IMG/VR virus record: IMGVR_UViG_3300002071_000003
Coordinates: 1 to 64,000 of that record
Strand: one strand, 5' to 3'
DNA length: 64,000 nt
Origin: an uncultured virus (IMG/VR IMGVR_UViG_3300002071_000003)
Lineage: Duplodnaviria > Heunggongvirae > Uroviricota > Caudoviricetes
Shown here: positions 1 to 8,880 of the stretch, in pieces
How positions within the stretch are numbered: the stretch's first letter is position 1
Layout of the letters: each line of letters opens with the position of its first letter
Position numbers and translations under genes: made by a program
The notes under the pieces: generated by a model
Told to the model about the DNA's origin: nothing
What the model saw: only the letters and a program-made list of their open reading frames with translations
Database searches by the model: none

Positions 1-44
1 CGCATGAGCCGGAAGCCCAAGCCGCATAAAACGCAGGAGGCGTA

Positions 45-320
45 GTGTATAATTATGGCGGGGATCGTGACTACAACAAGTACCAAATCTATTTTGCAAC
101 ACCCCCATCAATGGAGTCCGACCTGACAGTGGTTTGTTACCATTGTAGTACCTCCATTATTAGAGAGGAAAACGAGAAGTACATTATCGTAGCTGCTGCT
201 CTACAGCGTCCGCTTTACTTTCACCTAGCAGGTTGTTATGAGGATTTTCTTCATGGCATGGTAGTGTTTTATAAGGAAGTCCTAAACAAGGAGGATGACA
301 ATGGAGCCAATACTGGATAG
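45..320 (+). CDS. hypothetical phage protein
   Basis: 91-aa ORF with GTG start after a GGAGG SD; no recognisable motif. Confidence 0.55.
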   Translation: MYNYGGDRDYNKYQIYFATPPSMESDLTVVCYHCSTSIIREENEKYIIVAAALQRPLYFHLAGCYEDFLHGMVVFYKEVLNKEDDNGANTG

Positions 321-513
321 AAATGGAGAAAGGATTAAGGTTAAAATTGTAGGGGCCAACGGCAATGCCTTCTCCATCCTTGGCATCTGTGATAGAGCCA
401 TGAAGAGGGCAGGAGTAGACAAAGACATAAGGGATGATTTCTTTGTTGAGGCAACAGCCGGAAACTATGATGAGTTGCTGCAAAAAGTCATGGAACAATT
501 TGAGGTTGAGTAA
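301..513 (+). CDS. conserved small phage protein (GNAFxILG...GxYDxLL type)
   Basis: GGAGG SD at 291-295; motifs GANGNAFSILG and AGNYDELL are typical of a common small phage protein family. Confidence 0.7.
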   Translation: MEPILDRNGERIKVKIVGANGNAFSILGICDRAMKRAGVDKDIRDDFFVEATAGNYDELLQKVMEQFEVE

Positions 514-770
514 TGGGCACAGATATTAATTATAGCAACCTTCCCGAACATATGCAGAGTGCTGCACGGGAATATATTGAATTGGGAAGAGCCCCCGGAG
601 ACTTTCTTTATGCAGTTCTCTGTAATCAACTAGTAGAGGCATTCGGCAGAGCCGACCGGACTAATAAAGCAAACATGTATGTATGGGCTGAATGGCTTTT
701 CAATGAAGCCCCTCAGGGATGTTGGGGATCACCCGAGAAAGTAAAAGACTGGATTGAGCAATACAGGTAA
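513..770 (+). CDS. conserved hypothetical phage protein (PGxFLxAVLxN motif)
   Basis: Coupled to the upstream stop (TAATG); motif PGDFLYAVLCNQLVEAFGRAD. Confidence 0.7.
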   Translation: MGTDINYSNLPEHMQSAAREYIELGRAPGDFLYAVLCNQLVEAFGRADRTNKANMYVWAEWLFNEAPQGCWGSPEKVKDWIEQYR

Positions 771-774
771 ACAG

Positions 775-812
775 AAAGAGAGCCGGGGTTTTGATCCCGG
801 CTCTCTTTTTTT
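775..812. terminator. bidirectional rho-independent terminator between converging transcription units
   Basis: Inverted repeat AAAGAGAGCCGGG-gttttgat-CCCGGCTCTCTTT followed by a T-run; lies between the + strand and - strand gene blocks. Confidence 0.9.
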
Positions 813-1152
813 AATCTTCTAGCTTTTTAAGCGGTAGAAACGGTTCATCTAACATCCGTTTCAGATTAGTTGCTACTTTCTGTCCTAGTGCTTTGTCGTG
901 TAGGTCCAGTATTGTGAACACTACTTCCATCGCCTTCTCTAGGACCATTACTTTTTCCAATACATCCTTCTGGATATCAGCGTTGTGATTTATTGCGCCC
1001 TTGACAGTTTCAAAGGCCGCAATAAACTGCAAATTTGCTTCATTATAACGCACAACTATTTTCTTATGCTCGCTGTATTCTTTTGTCTCCACCAGGAGTA
1101 CACCAAGCAGTATAACAACCAATACAACTATGATAGCTATTCCTATTTCCAT
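811..1152 (-). CDS. membrane-anchored coiled-coil protein
   Basis: N-terminal hydrophobic helix IGIAIIVVLVVILLGVLLV followed by a helical region. Confidence 0.7.
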   Translation of the reverse strand: MEIGIAIIVVLVVILLGVLLVETKEYSEHKKIVVRYNEANLQFIAAFETVKGAINHNADIQKDVLEKVMVLEKAMEVVFTILDLHDKALGQKVATNLKRMLDEPFLPLKKLED

Positions 1153-1157
1153 ATAAT

Positions 1158-1919
1158 CTACCTATGTATGTTTGCGACTTGTGTTTTTAGTACATTAAAT
1201 ACATCGCGTGTTACAAGCACGTCTGCATAATTATGCTCTAAAATTAAGTTATAAGCTTCTTTATCCCCGCTCATTGCCTTGTCCCAATTACGAACGGTCA
1301 ATGGAGTCTTTCTGTTGGGTACATCAAAGTATTCACTTACCGACTGTAACGATCTGCGCCCTATTCTCATCGATCCGCCAGTAGCATAGTACATAGCATC
1401 GATATGCTTTACTAATGGAAGAGGCTGCAACCCATGATAACGGAGCCTACCATTCAACACAGGTACGTCAAAGAGCTTCCCATTCCAAGTAACCCAAACA
1501 TCATACTCTCCCAAAGCGGCAGCTATATCATGCACTAACTTTTTATCGTCAGTTATATCCTTACCTTTAGAAAACTGTTGTACATCCCCAAATTGGTTAG
1601 CAATCGCCCCACATAGAACGAGGGGCTGATTAGAAAACGTTGTCTCTAAATCCCAATAGCCCATTGTTAATCCTACAAAGGTTTGTAAGCTACCAAAACT
1701 AGCATTATAGAATACGGGTGCTAGTTGTTCAGGGGAAATAGCATATGCGGATGCTTTTATATTAGCAGGGGACTCCCCAACTACTCGTCTACGCTTTACT
1801 TCGAAAGCATTATAAGGCTTGCTGTAATCTGTTAGTGCGCCAAATCTATGATAGGACGCCATACTGGCATCTTCTACTTCATCTAGAGCGGCTAACTCCT
1901 TCTCTGTCCATTTTGACAT
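1158..1919 (-). CDS. RNase H-like DEDD 3'-5' exonuclease (RNase_H_2/YprB-like)
   Basis: Motifs WDLET, TWNGKLFDVPVL, HIDAM and HNYADV. Confidence 0.85.
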   Translation of the reverse strand: MSKWTEKELAALDEVEDASMASYHRFGALTDYSKPYNAFEVKRRRVVGESPANIKASAYAISPEQLAPVFYNASFGSLQTFVGLTMGYWDLETTFSNQPLVLCGAIANQFGDVQQFSKGKDITDDKKLVHDIAAALGEYDVWVTWNGKLFDVPVLNGRLRYHGLQPLPLVKHIDAMYYATGGSMRIGRRSLQSVSEYFDVPNRKTPLTVRNWDKAMSGDKEAYNLILEHNYADVLVTRDVFNVLKTQVANIHR

Positions 1920-2022
1920 AACTCATCCTTCTTAGTTCTTAGCTCTCTCTTATAATCCTTATGATTTCTAAGAGCCTTTTGTTTGACTTTAGTTTTATAT
2001 TTCTTTAAGTTATTTGTCATAA

Positions 2023-2244
2023 CTAATAATTATTTGTTTGGCTTTCAAGCATAGCATCGAGAGATACATCGCTGTATTCTTTATCTCTACGTCTACGCTC
2101 TCTTTGAGCCTCATTTTTTAGGGCCTTAACCCAAGGCTTCTTGTCTAAAATTTCTTCTTTGAACTCATTGTAATGATTCTTACAGAATTCTAATGATCCT
2201 GATGTTGGCCTTTCACAAACGACGCAGCGGCTAATTTTAATCAC
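2023..2244 (-). CDS. small Cys/His zinc-binding hypothetical protein
   Basis: CxxC...CxxH pattern; coupled to the upstream gene. Confidence 0.6.
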   Translation of the reverse strand: MIKISRCVVCERPTSGSLEFCKNHYNEFKEEILDKKPWVKALKNEAQRERRRRDKEYSDVSLDAMLESQTNNY

Positions 2245-2530
2245 CTTCCAGTTTTTTTCTTACTAACTCTATTACTCTTGATGCGTCATCTAGATGAAAC
2301 TTAGGCCCGCATCCGGGTATACCACAAAAATGAGATAGCATGTTTGATACTTCAAACTCTAAACTACCATTCCGTGGGACTTCTATTACGACTTTACGCG
2401 GTCTACCTCTTGGCTTACGCGCACTCTCTAGGGCCTCTTGCGCTCTAGCATTGGCACCCGATGGTCTTACACCACCCAACACTTTAAACTCCTTCTGTGC
2501 TGCGGGAGAGTATGTAAATTTACTAACCAT
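2237..2530 (-). CDS. hypothetical DNA-binding protein with an AT-hook-like motif
   Basis: RKPRGRPRK motif. Confidence 0.55.
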   Translation of the reverse strand: MVSKFTYSPAAQKEFKVLGGVRPSGANARAQEALESARKPRGRPRKVVIEVPRNGSLEFEVSNMLSHFCGIPGCGPKFHLDDASRVIELVRKKLEGD

Positions 2531-3003
2531 TAAACCCGCTCCATGATAGTCTGATACTTTTCAATTTCTTCATCAGATAACACGTAGGGTGGGGGATACC
2601 CCAATTTTCTTGCAACCATCTTAAAGACTCTACCATCGCTATAGTCGAAGCCAAGGAACCTTGATATTTTAAGGTAAGCAGATTCAAGCCTTCGACTAAT
2701 TGTTCGCTGGTCAACATAGAATCCCTCGTCCTTCTCGATCATAGCAGAAATATCTCTTCTACTTAATCTTCCATCGGACATTACATAGCGTAACATTTGT
2801 ATCTCTTGCTTACTTAATTCCCTGCGTTTATAGAGTATCTTTATGGCTCTTTCAATATCCATTTTCGTCGCTAGATCAATTTGAATCATTGGCTGCGAAT
2901 CATATTCTCTAACATACGATAAGCGGCCTCCCTTGAACGGCGAAAAGTTTGATATACCCTCTATTAAAACTCTGGTAAGATGCGCCGATCTTTTCTTAAC
3001 CAT
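2530..3003 (-). CDS. putative helix-turn-helix transcription regulator
   Basis: LSRRDISAMI...VDQRTISRRL HTH-like pattern. Confidence 0.6.
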   Translation of the reverse strand: MVKKRSAHLTRVLIEGISNFSPFKGGRLSYVREYDSQPMIQIDLATKMDIERAIKILYKRRELSKQEIQMLRYVMSDGRLSRRDISAMIEKDEGFYVDQRTISRRLESAYLKISRFLGFDYSDGRVFKMVARKLGYPPPYVLSDEEIEKYQTIMERV

Positions 3004-3400
3004 TTGCGTAAGCCTCCTTTTTCATATCAGATAGTTGCTGTTTAAAGGAGGCCGAAAGAAGTCTTTGCTTATCCGTCCATCGTTGATAAGGAGGAACACC
3101 CTCTCTAAATTTAAATGCTACGTCTGCTTCTTCTTTCTTAATCTGAAAGTATGGATACATAATTGTTAGAATACGGGCAGCCTTCGCGCCCTCAACTGAC
3201 CATTGATATACCCCTAAGGGACTTCTCCATATACTACCCCCATTCCCAAATAGTTTGGCGAAGTAAGTAAGGGGTGCTAACCTCTTTTGACTTATCTTTA
3301 TCTCTAAACTATAGTACTTTTCGTGGTGGTGGCTACGGATTAAGATACAGCCCTCTCCATCAAAGAAGCCCGCCGCCCACGCTATCTCCGTTTTCTTCAT
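2996..3400 (-). CDS. free-standing LAGLIDADG homing endonuclease (single motif)
   Basis: IAWAAGFFDGEGCI motif, ISQK, and LxPYFxIKK-type C-terminus. Confidence 0.9.
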   Translation of the reverse strand: MKKTEIAWAAGFFDGEGCILIRSHHHEKYYSLEIKISQKRLAPLTYFAKLFGNGGSIWRSPLGVYQWSVEGAKAARILTIMYPYFQIKKEEADVAFKFREGVPPYQRWTDKQRLLSASFKQQLSDMKKEAYANG

Positions 3401-3992
3401 GTATAACCTCCAAAATCGATTCCTCTTGGGAACCTTCCTTTGTATTATACATGTTAAGATTCCTTAACTTCAACTTTTCCATAAGGTCGTCTAACGCTAT
3501 GTATAATCCTTTACGATCTGATACAGAGATAGAATAGTCTACCTTGTATGCTATCTTCTCTCCCCCATAGTACTCCTGCAACAGAACAGTACCCGGTTCG
3601 GAATCCAATAAAGCCCTACCGATAGCGGGTTTCTTATCTGTGTCCACTGTTATTCGAACTACGACAAACCCTAACTTGTCAGCAAGGTAGTTAACTTCAT
3701 TGCTATAATGAGGATCGTCAACAGTAACCCCCCTATAAAGTTTCCGAAGCCTTCGTTCAAGATACTGCACCCAAACTTCGTGATCGTGTTTGTATAAAGC
3801 GTTGTAAACATTAAACCTTTTCTCCCACGGATACTTATAGTATCTGATATGACCGTAGATCAAATTCAAAATACGACCAACACCGTCTAGTAATCTCCAC
3901 CGCGCTAATTTGTGGCGACGATACAAGTAATTAGACGCCCACACTATGGTCTGCTTACGCTTTCCAACGAATACAATGCGCGTGTACGTCAT
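3360..3992 (-). CDS. dNMP-kinase-like P-loop protein with degenerate Walker A
   Basis: Aligns by eye to the neighbouring kinase (VTVDDPHYSNEVNYL..GFVVVRI vs IVVDDLRFKPEADAL..GFKIIKV); the P-loop reads GKRKQT. Confidence 0.6.
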   Translation of the reverse strand: MTYTRIVFVGKRKQTIVWASNYLYRRHKLARWRLLDGVGRILNLIYGHIRYYKYPWEKRFNVYNALYKHDHEVWVQYLERRLRKLYRGVTVDDPHYSNEVNYLADKLGFVVVRITVDTDKKPAIGRALLDSEPGTVLLQEYYGGEKIAYKVDYSISVSDRKGLYIALDDLMEKLKLRNLNMYNTKEGSQEESILEVIHEENGDSVGGGLL

Positions 3993-4537
3993 TCTAGCCC
4001 CAACATATCGATCATGTCAAATGTTGCATTGATGTTGTTGCTCACAAGTGAATAGTCCGCCGGTATGCTGGTCCACTCCTGTTCCGAACGGTGCTCCTGC
4101 GCGCTCTGTGGGGCCGTAGGGTAGAGGCGGGATATGCGTTCCTGCCGCAGTGAGTCCTCACAAGTGACCTTTATGATTTTGAAACCGTTATTGCGTAAAG
4201 CATCGGCTTCTGGTTTGAAACGAAGATCGTCTACTACAATAGACATATCTTCTTCCTTCTTAGCACGAAATAAAAGGTGTTTAATAAATAAATCTTTATC
4301 GTACTTTTTTAAATCGTCTGCTAACTCTTGAAGTATCCTACGGGAGTCGCCGTCCTTTCCCTTGATCCCGTACAGGTCATAGGCGATGGCCTTTAGCTTG
4401 CTGGCAAAGCCCATCTTGTAAAACCCGTAGTTTTCTACAAGATAGTCGGCGCAGTAGGACTTGCCTGAACACATTGGTCCCATGAAAGCATACCGTTTTA
4501 CATAGGTTGCCGGTGCCAGTTTAGGTGTTGCTAACAT
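3989..4537 (-). CDS. deoxynucleoside monophosphate kinase
   Basis: Walker A GPMCSGKS, FASKLK, RRILQ, DDLRF..E and HRSE motifs of phage dNMP kinases. Confidence 0.85.
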   Translation of the reverse strand: MLATPKLAPATYVKRYAFMGPMCSGKSYCADYLVENYGFYKMGFASKLKAIAYDLYGIKGKDGDSRRILQELADDLKKYDKDLFIKHLLFRAKKEEDMSIVVDDLRFKPEADALRNNGFKIIKVTCEDSLRQERISRLYPTAPQSAQEHRSEQEWTSIPADYSLVSNNINATFDMIDMLGLE

Positions 4538-4538
4538 A

Positions 4539-4991
4539 TCAAATATCTCGATACCAAAGTTGCTTAGGCCCCATCAAATGTTGCTCAACGGACCGAGCAG
4601 ATCGCGTAGGACCGTCATGGTGCCACCCAATCGGATGCGACATTCGATCAAACTTCCAGCCAGCCGCTTGTAAAGATGTCCCTCGCTCATCCGATAGGAT
4701 ATAGGTCTGAATGCGTTTATACCCCAAAACTTTGCCTGCTCGTGCTGCTGCGCCGTATAGAAAGGAGCAAGCGTTATGAGTACCGTCAGTACAAAGTCTC
4801 GTGATTTCAAGCCAATCGCCTTGGTGCTGCCCACCAACTGGTCGCCCAACAATGGCCACTCCAACAAGGTGATCTTCTTCATACGCACCCAACGAGAATC
4901 TATGGCCCTGAACACGCTGATGATGACGATGAAACTCTTCCACGAAGGCATTAGCTTCCTTAAGTTCGACATGTAGTAACCGAAGGCCCAT
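4539..4991 (-). CDS. XF1762-family / Mom-like GNAT-fold protein
   Basis: EANAFVEEFHRHH, GVAIVGRPV, LEITRLCTDGTHNACSFLYGAAARA, TYILSDERGTSLQAAGW. Confidence 0.8.
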   Translation of the reverse strand: MGLRLLHVELKEANAFVEEFHRHHQRVQGHRFSLGAYEEDHLVGVAIVGRPVGGQHQGDWLEITRLCTDGTHNACSFLYGAAARAGKVLGYKRIQTYILSDERGTSLQAAGWKFDRMSHPIGWHHDGPTRSARSVEQHLMGPKQLWYRDI

Positions 4992-5181
4992 CTTCCATCT
5001 CCTTTTTGGTATGCCTAGCAAATTTAAGGGACTGTTTCCGTAGGTAGTCAGCCATCTCTTTAAAGTTATTCTGGTCCATAAACTTGATTGCTATATCCAA
5101 ATCTTCTACCTTGCTGATCCCTAAAGTATTCCCTAGGTCAACCATACAATCGTAGAAACTTTCATACATCTTAGTAGTCAT
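4960..5181 (-). CDS. hypothetical protein
   Basis: Coupled ORF within the operon. Confidence 0.55.
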   Translation of the reverse strand: MTTKMYESFYDCMVDLGNTLGISKVEDLDIAIKFMDQNNFKEMADYLRKQSLKFARHTKKEMEDGPSVTTCRT

Positions 5182-5719
5182 TTGGAGCGTCTTTCCTGTA
5201 TGTGAAGTTACTTAACAAGGCGTCTGTCTCAGCTTCCCGATACTCGATAATGTCAGTAACGGAAATGGGACTAATTGCTCCGTTCTCATCCTTGTGATAG
5301 ATATACGTATATCCTGCCCACTTTAACATTACCGCACAAGCATGGCAAGGAAGATTATAATTACCAAGCAATTCCACTCCTTCCTTACCTATTCCTACAA
5401 CAAGAAAATAAGAATGAAGGTGGTGAATTCCTGCCTTGATCAGAGCGGCTTGCTCTGCATGGATTTCTGCTCCACGTTCCATATTTTGCCCATGAACAGT
5501 CGAGTAACGATCACGAATACAGTGATCCTTACATTGATTAGTTACTCCCTCATTATATGCTAGATGCCAAGGATTCCATTCAGTTCCCTCGTCACCAATG
5601 TCACCATACCAATCATAAACAATCATCGCTGCATACTTACGTCTTACGCAGGGAGACTTATCAGTTTCCTTTAGGGCTATCTTAAAGTAAGGCTCTAATC
5701 GCTTGGGTAGATTATCCAT
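5171..5719 (-). CDS. dCMP deaminase-like zinc deaminase
   Basis: SPCVRRK, HAEQAAL and PCHAC motifs. Confidence 0.85.
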   Translation of the reverse strand: MDNLPKRLEPYFKIALKETDKSPCVRRKYAAMIVYDWYGDIGDEGTEWNPWHLAYNEGVTNQCKDHCIRDRYSTVHGQNMERGAEIHAEQAALIKAGIHHLHSYFLVVGIGKEGVELLGNYNLPCHACAVMLKWAGYTYIYHKDENGAISPISVTDIIEYREAETDALLSNFTYRKDAPNDY

Positions 5720-5810
5720 TTATGTTCCACCACTTTCCGCATGTAACGCACCAACGAATGTAGCCATACTTCATAAGAGGTAGGGGATGGCTACACTTAA
5801 TCTTAGACAC
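5712..5810 (-). CDS. 32-aa zinc-knuckle microprotein (not in ORF track)
   Basis: GTG start; MSKIKCSHPLPLMKYGYIRWCVTCGKWWNING; overlaps both neighbours by 8 nt and fills the gap exactly. Confidence 0.55.
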   Translation of the reverse strand: MSKIKCSHPLPLMKYGYIRWCVTCGKWWNING

Positions 5811-6045
5811 ATCCAAACTTCTCTAGATATCCAATTGCTTGACGCAGGACAGTAGGACTTTCCCACAGAGTATATATAATACGAGAACAGCGATCACAAA
5901 GTAGACCTCTAACGATTTTGGCATCTGCGTCATAATCCGGGCGCAAAGGGTGTCCACATCTATACATTCTACAAATTGCACAATAGCCTTCCTGACTATC
6001 TAATATCCTTTGGTACTCATCGGCGGGTAGAAGTTTTCTGGCCAT
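5803..6045 (-). CDS. endonuclease VII-like protein (catalytic residues degenerate)
   Basis: EYQRILDSQEGYCAIC...VRGLLCDRC. Confidence 0.75.
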   Translation of the reverse strand: MARKLLPADEYQRILDSQEGYCAICRMYRCGHPLRPDYDADAKIVRGLLCDRCSRIIYTLWESPTVLRQAIGYLEKFGCV

Positions 6046-6802
6046 TTAGAATCTTCTTCTCTAGCTCTCTATCGTCACAGACTGGTCCCTTGAATTCACA
6101 CCACCCACATACCTGCTCGTGGTAGACACGGTAACGAATACCCTGCTCCCGCATATGTTGTGTGTCACGGATCATCTGCTTTAACTCTTCAATATCCTGT
6201 AGGGTTCTTGTAGTCTCTAGTAATTCTCCTGTACGTAGATGGTGCCACACTAATTTCTGTGGCAAATCCCCATAAGACAACAAACCAGCCCATGCGTAAG
6301 CGGTAAACTGTAGATTGTGATTTAGGAACCAAGGATCAGGCTTCTTACTTCCTGATTTGTAGTCCACGATACTATATCCTGAACCGTCTTCCGTTCCCTC
6401 AACTTTGTCGATCTTACCCACAATCTCAATACCCTCAAATGGAATAGCAAACTCTTTCTCTACATCAATGAGGATTGGATTAATCTTTCCTGTGTCTAGC
6501 CCATGCTGATACAGACCAAGCATCTCTGCACCTTCTGCATTGGCCTTGATCATATTAGGGTACGTAATGAATACTTCTTCATCCTGAATAATACGACTAA
6601 ACTCTGTCTTGAATGTTTTAATTGCTCCTGTTAGATTGAAGTCCTTTTCAGGTGTATGGCATAGCTCTAACGCCAAGTGTAATGCGCTTCCTAAGGCAAG
6701 GAATCTAGTGGTAGACCCACGAAATTTTCCGTCATACCTTAGGAAATTTGCATATGGACAAGCAAAAGTATGAAGCCAACTATAGCTTACATGTGTAACC
6801 AT
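6017..6802 (-). CDS. PD-(D/E)xK RecB/Cas4-like exonuclease
   Basis: SYSWL..CP, LGSALHLALE, EKEF, GKIDKV, IVDYKSG, QFTAY and CGWCEFKGPVC. Confidence 0.9.
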   Translation of the reverse strand: MVTHVSYSWLHTFACPYANFLRYDGKFRGSTTRFLALGSALHLALELCHTPEKDFNLTGAIKTFKTEFSRIIQDEEVFITYPNMIKANAEGAEMLGLYQHGLDTGKINPILIDVEKEFAIPFEGIEIVGKIDKVEGTEDGSGYSIVDYKSGSKKPDPWFLNHNLQFTAYAWAGLLSYGDLPQKLVWHHLRTGELLETTRTLQDIEELKQMIRDTQHMREQGIRYRVYHEQVCGWCEFKGPVCDDRELEKKILNGQKTSTRR

Positions 6803-6803
6803 C

Positions 6804-7238
6804 TTATAGTCTTCCTTTCATCTTAGAAAGGATTCGTTTTTGTTCCTCGAACCAAATTAAATCCTCTTCTGTCTTTACTTTAGCATGATAAGTACTGCAT
6901 ACATTAGCAAATTCTAGGGCAAATACAGCCTGATCATACTTCACCACCAAATATGGTAGTAGTAATTTTAATGTGTAAGCAGCCTTTTGTGAAACTTGGT
7001 TCCACGTATACTGATCATTCCATTTCGGCTGATTTTTATAAGTCCTTTTTCTAACTAGCCCCCCAAACTGTTGTTCTAATAGCAATATCGGTCTAGTATC
7101 TACTTGGGTAGCACCAATTCTTAATTCATAAGAGGCTCTACCTAACTTAGTTTTAGTTTTGGCTATAAGTATACAGCCCTCCCCATCAAAAAACCCTGCT
7201 AAATAGGCAATCTCTAACTGCTCATTAATAGCGAGCAT
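6804..7238 (-). CDS. free-standing LAGLIDADG homing endonuclease (single motif)
   Basis: IAYLAGFFDGEGCI, QFGG and LLPYLVVK. Confidence 0.9.
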   Translation of the reverse strand: MLAINEQLEIAYLAGFFDGEGCILIAKTKTKLGRASYELRIGATQVDTRPILLLEQQFGGLVRKRTYKNQPKWNDQYTWNQVSQKAAYTLKLLLPYLVVKYDQAVFALEFANVCSTYHAKVKTEEDLIWFEEQKRILSKMKGRL

Positions 7239-7244
7239 GTACCA

Positions 7245-7889
7245 TTAATCTCTCTCTAACGTTGCTAGTGCCTTAATTAAATCACCCTTAGGAATAACAA
7301 CATTAAAGGTATAAGGCTTTCCATTCGGAGTCTCAAATACAGAGGAAAACAATAGGCCCGGACCGCCGCTCTCATCGTTATTCCAATCATTAAGCTTCCA
7401 ACTCATTGCACGAGTTACCTTTAACTCGATAGGTTCCTCTTCGGGAGGACAACTATTCCAGTCACCTTTCCAAACCTCAACCTTAAATTTATACCTATCA
7501 GGGCCAACCAGTATACCGAATAGGTCCTGATCCTCTCTATCTGATAACATTTTTGCGTACTCCCATCCCTTTTCTACTAATGTTTTCTCTTGCATTTGTG
7601 GCTCCCACATTGTTTCCTTAGGCATTGGTTCTTCCTTAGCCTTAACTCCCTCCGGCCAAAATTTCTGAAGGTAAGCACATCCGAATTCCGGCCAGAGGCA
7701 TTCCTGCTGCTTCTTAATTTCTGCTGGCATCATCATATCCAATTCGTTAAGGGCACTTTGAATGCCTGATTTAAACCCCTTGCGCTCAGTATCATCGTCA
7801 ATCATTTGATCCGAGCCTTTGAGATACTGTTCGATGTGACTCCGCTCATACTTACTATCACAACCACAGATACAATGCTGGTAGCCCAT
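7245..7889 (-). CDS. hypothetical protein
   Basis: 214-aa ORF tightly packed in the operon. Confidence 0.65.
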   Translation of the reverse strand: MGYQHCICGCDSKYERSHIEQYLKGSDQMIDDDTERKGFKSGIQSALNELDMMMPAEIKKQQECLWPEFGCAYLQKFWPEGVKAKEEPMPKETMWEPQMQEKTLVEKGWEYAKMLSDREDQDLFGILVGPDRYKFKVEVWKGDWNSCPPEEEPIELKVTRAMSWKLNDWNNDESGGPGLLFSSVFETPNGKPYTFNVVIPKGDLIKALATLERD

Positions 7890-8186
7890 TTAAATCTCCC
7901 ACTCTACATTGAGAGCACGAACAGCAGTGATATCCGTGATCGAGGGCTTCAATAAATAGCTTCCCGTAATATCCCCACCAATAACAAGGAACACGTATGT
8001 AAGCGGATGCACGTTAAGCTTGTTTGCATTGAAGGAAAACTGCGCCTTCACCCTACTACCACTCTTATAAAGAGACTGCAAGGAATCAGAGATAACAGTC
8101 TCATACATGCTGTTGGCTGCAATCAACTGGATTTTACCGGGGGTGTCCGTCATAGCTTTATAATTAGCCTTGGTAATTTTTGACAC
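7890..8186 (-). CDS. hypothetical protein
   Basis: Tightly packed ORF. Confidence 0.6.
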   Translation of the reverse strand: MSKITKANYKAMTDTPGKIQLIAANSMYETVISDSLQSLYKSGSRVKAQFSFNANKLNVHPLTYVFLVIGGDITGSYLLKPSITDITAVRALNVEWEI

Positions 8187-8427
8187 GGTGTTTCTTCCTT
8201 CTCTTCAACTTCTGTGCTGTATGGATAACCTGATCAGCCTCACTGGCTGTTACCCTTTGCACCAAATTAAATACATCTTTAGGGGCGGCAGAGCTACCTT
8301 TCTTGCCTCCCGTCGAACTCTTTCTGATCTGATATGTGTTGTTTGGATTCTCCAACATTTCCTTGGTCTTGGCTGCTAGTGCCTCTCCAAAAATCGTAAA
8401 GAATCCAATGGGGAACCTTCTTTGCAT
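8164..8427 (-). CDS. basic hypothetical protein
   Basis: Coupled ORF, Lys-rich. Confidence 0.55.
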   Translation of the reverse strand: MQRRFPIGFFTIFGEALAAKTKEMLENPNNTYQIRKSSTGGKKGSSAAPKDVFNLVQRVTASEADQVIHTAQKLKRRKKHRVKNYQG

Positions 8428-8615
8428 TAGTTAGCCCTCGCCCTAGGCGTTCTTTTCTTCTTTGGACGAGGGGGCTTAGACGCCTTATCAAATAATTCCA
8501 CCGGCCCTTTTACCCCTTGGCGACCTAATTGGCCAGCCAAGCTTGTAAGTCTAAAAGCATTCATAGAATGCTTGCCAATCTTAGTCTTGGATAATTCCCT
8601 CGCCATAAACAGCAT
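8427..8615 (-). CDS. basic hypothetical protein
   Basis: Coupled ORF, Arg/Lys-rich tail. Confidence 0.5.
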   Translation of the reverse strand: MLFMARELSKTKIGKHSMNAFRLTSLAGQLGRQGVKGPVELFDKASKPPRPKKKRTPRARAN

Positions 8616-8618
8616 CTC

Positions 8619-8876
8619 CTAGTCTGTACTTCGCACTAAATACTTTTCCTGCTTACCACAAAGCCGCTTAGTTGCCCGTGTAGTAGCAAGGCTAATACCA
8701 AAATCTTCGTCCCAATCATCATCGGGAGTACACCGAGCATTACCATTAGCATGTAAACCTGTTTCTAGGTCTAAAATTTCTACCCGAACAACTGGCTTCT
8801 TGATAACATAGCTATAACGACTGGCGGTATCCATTTCAACAACTACTCGATCCGTGTTCCGCATGGCTGTTTGCAT
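8619..8876 (-). CDS. conserved small phage protein (ARCxPxDxF/W...G..LA..RA type)
   Basis: ARCTPDDDWDEDFGISLATTRA motif. Confidence 0.65.
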   Translation of the reverse strand: MQTAMRNTDRVVVEMDTASRYSYVIKKPVVRVEILDLETGLHANGNARCTPDDDWDEDFGISLATTRATKRLCGKQEKYLVRSTD

Positions 8877-8880
8877 TTCT

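Noticed and set aside
6017..6802. Cas4 of a CRISPR-Cas system
   Set aside because: A solo phage RecB/Cas4-like exonuclease; no cas genes or array present
2996..7238. Group I introns or inteins around the LAGLIDADG genes
   Set aside because: No interrupted host gene, no non-coding flanks and no intein splice motifs
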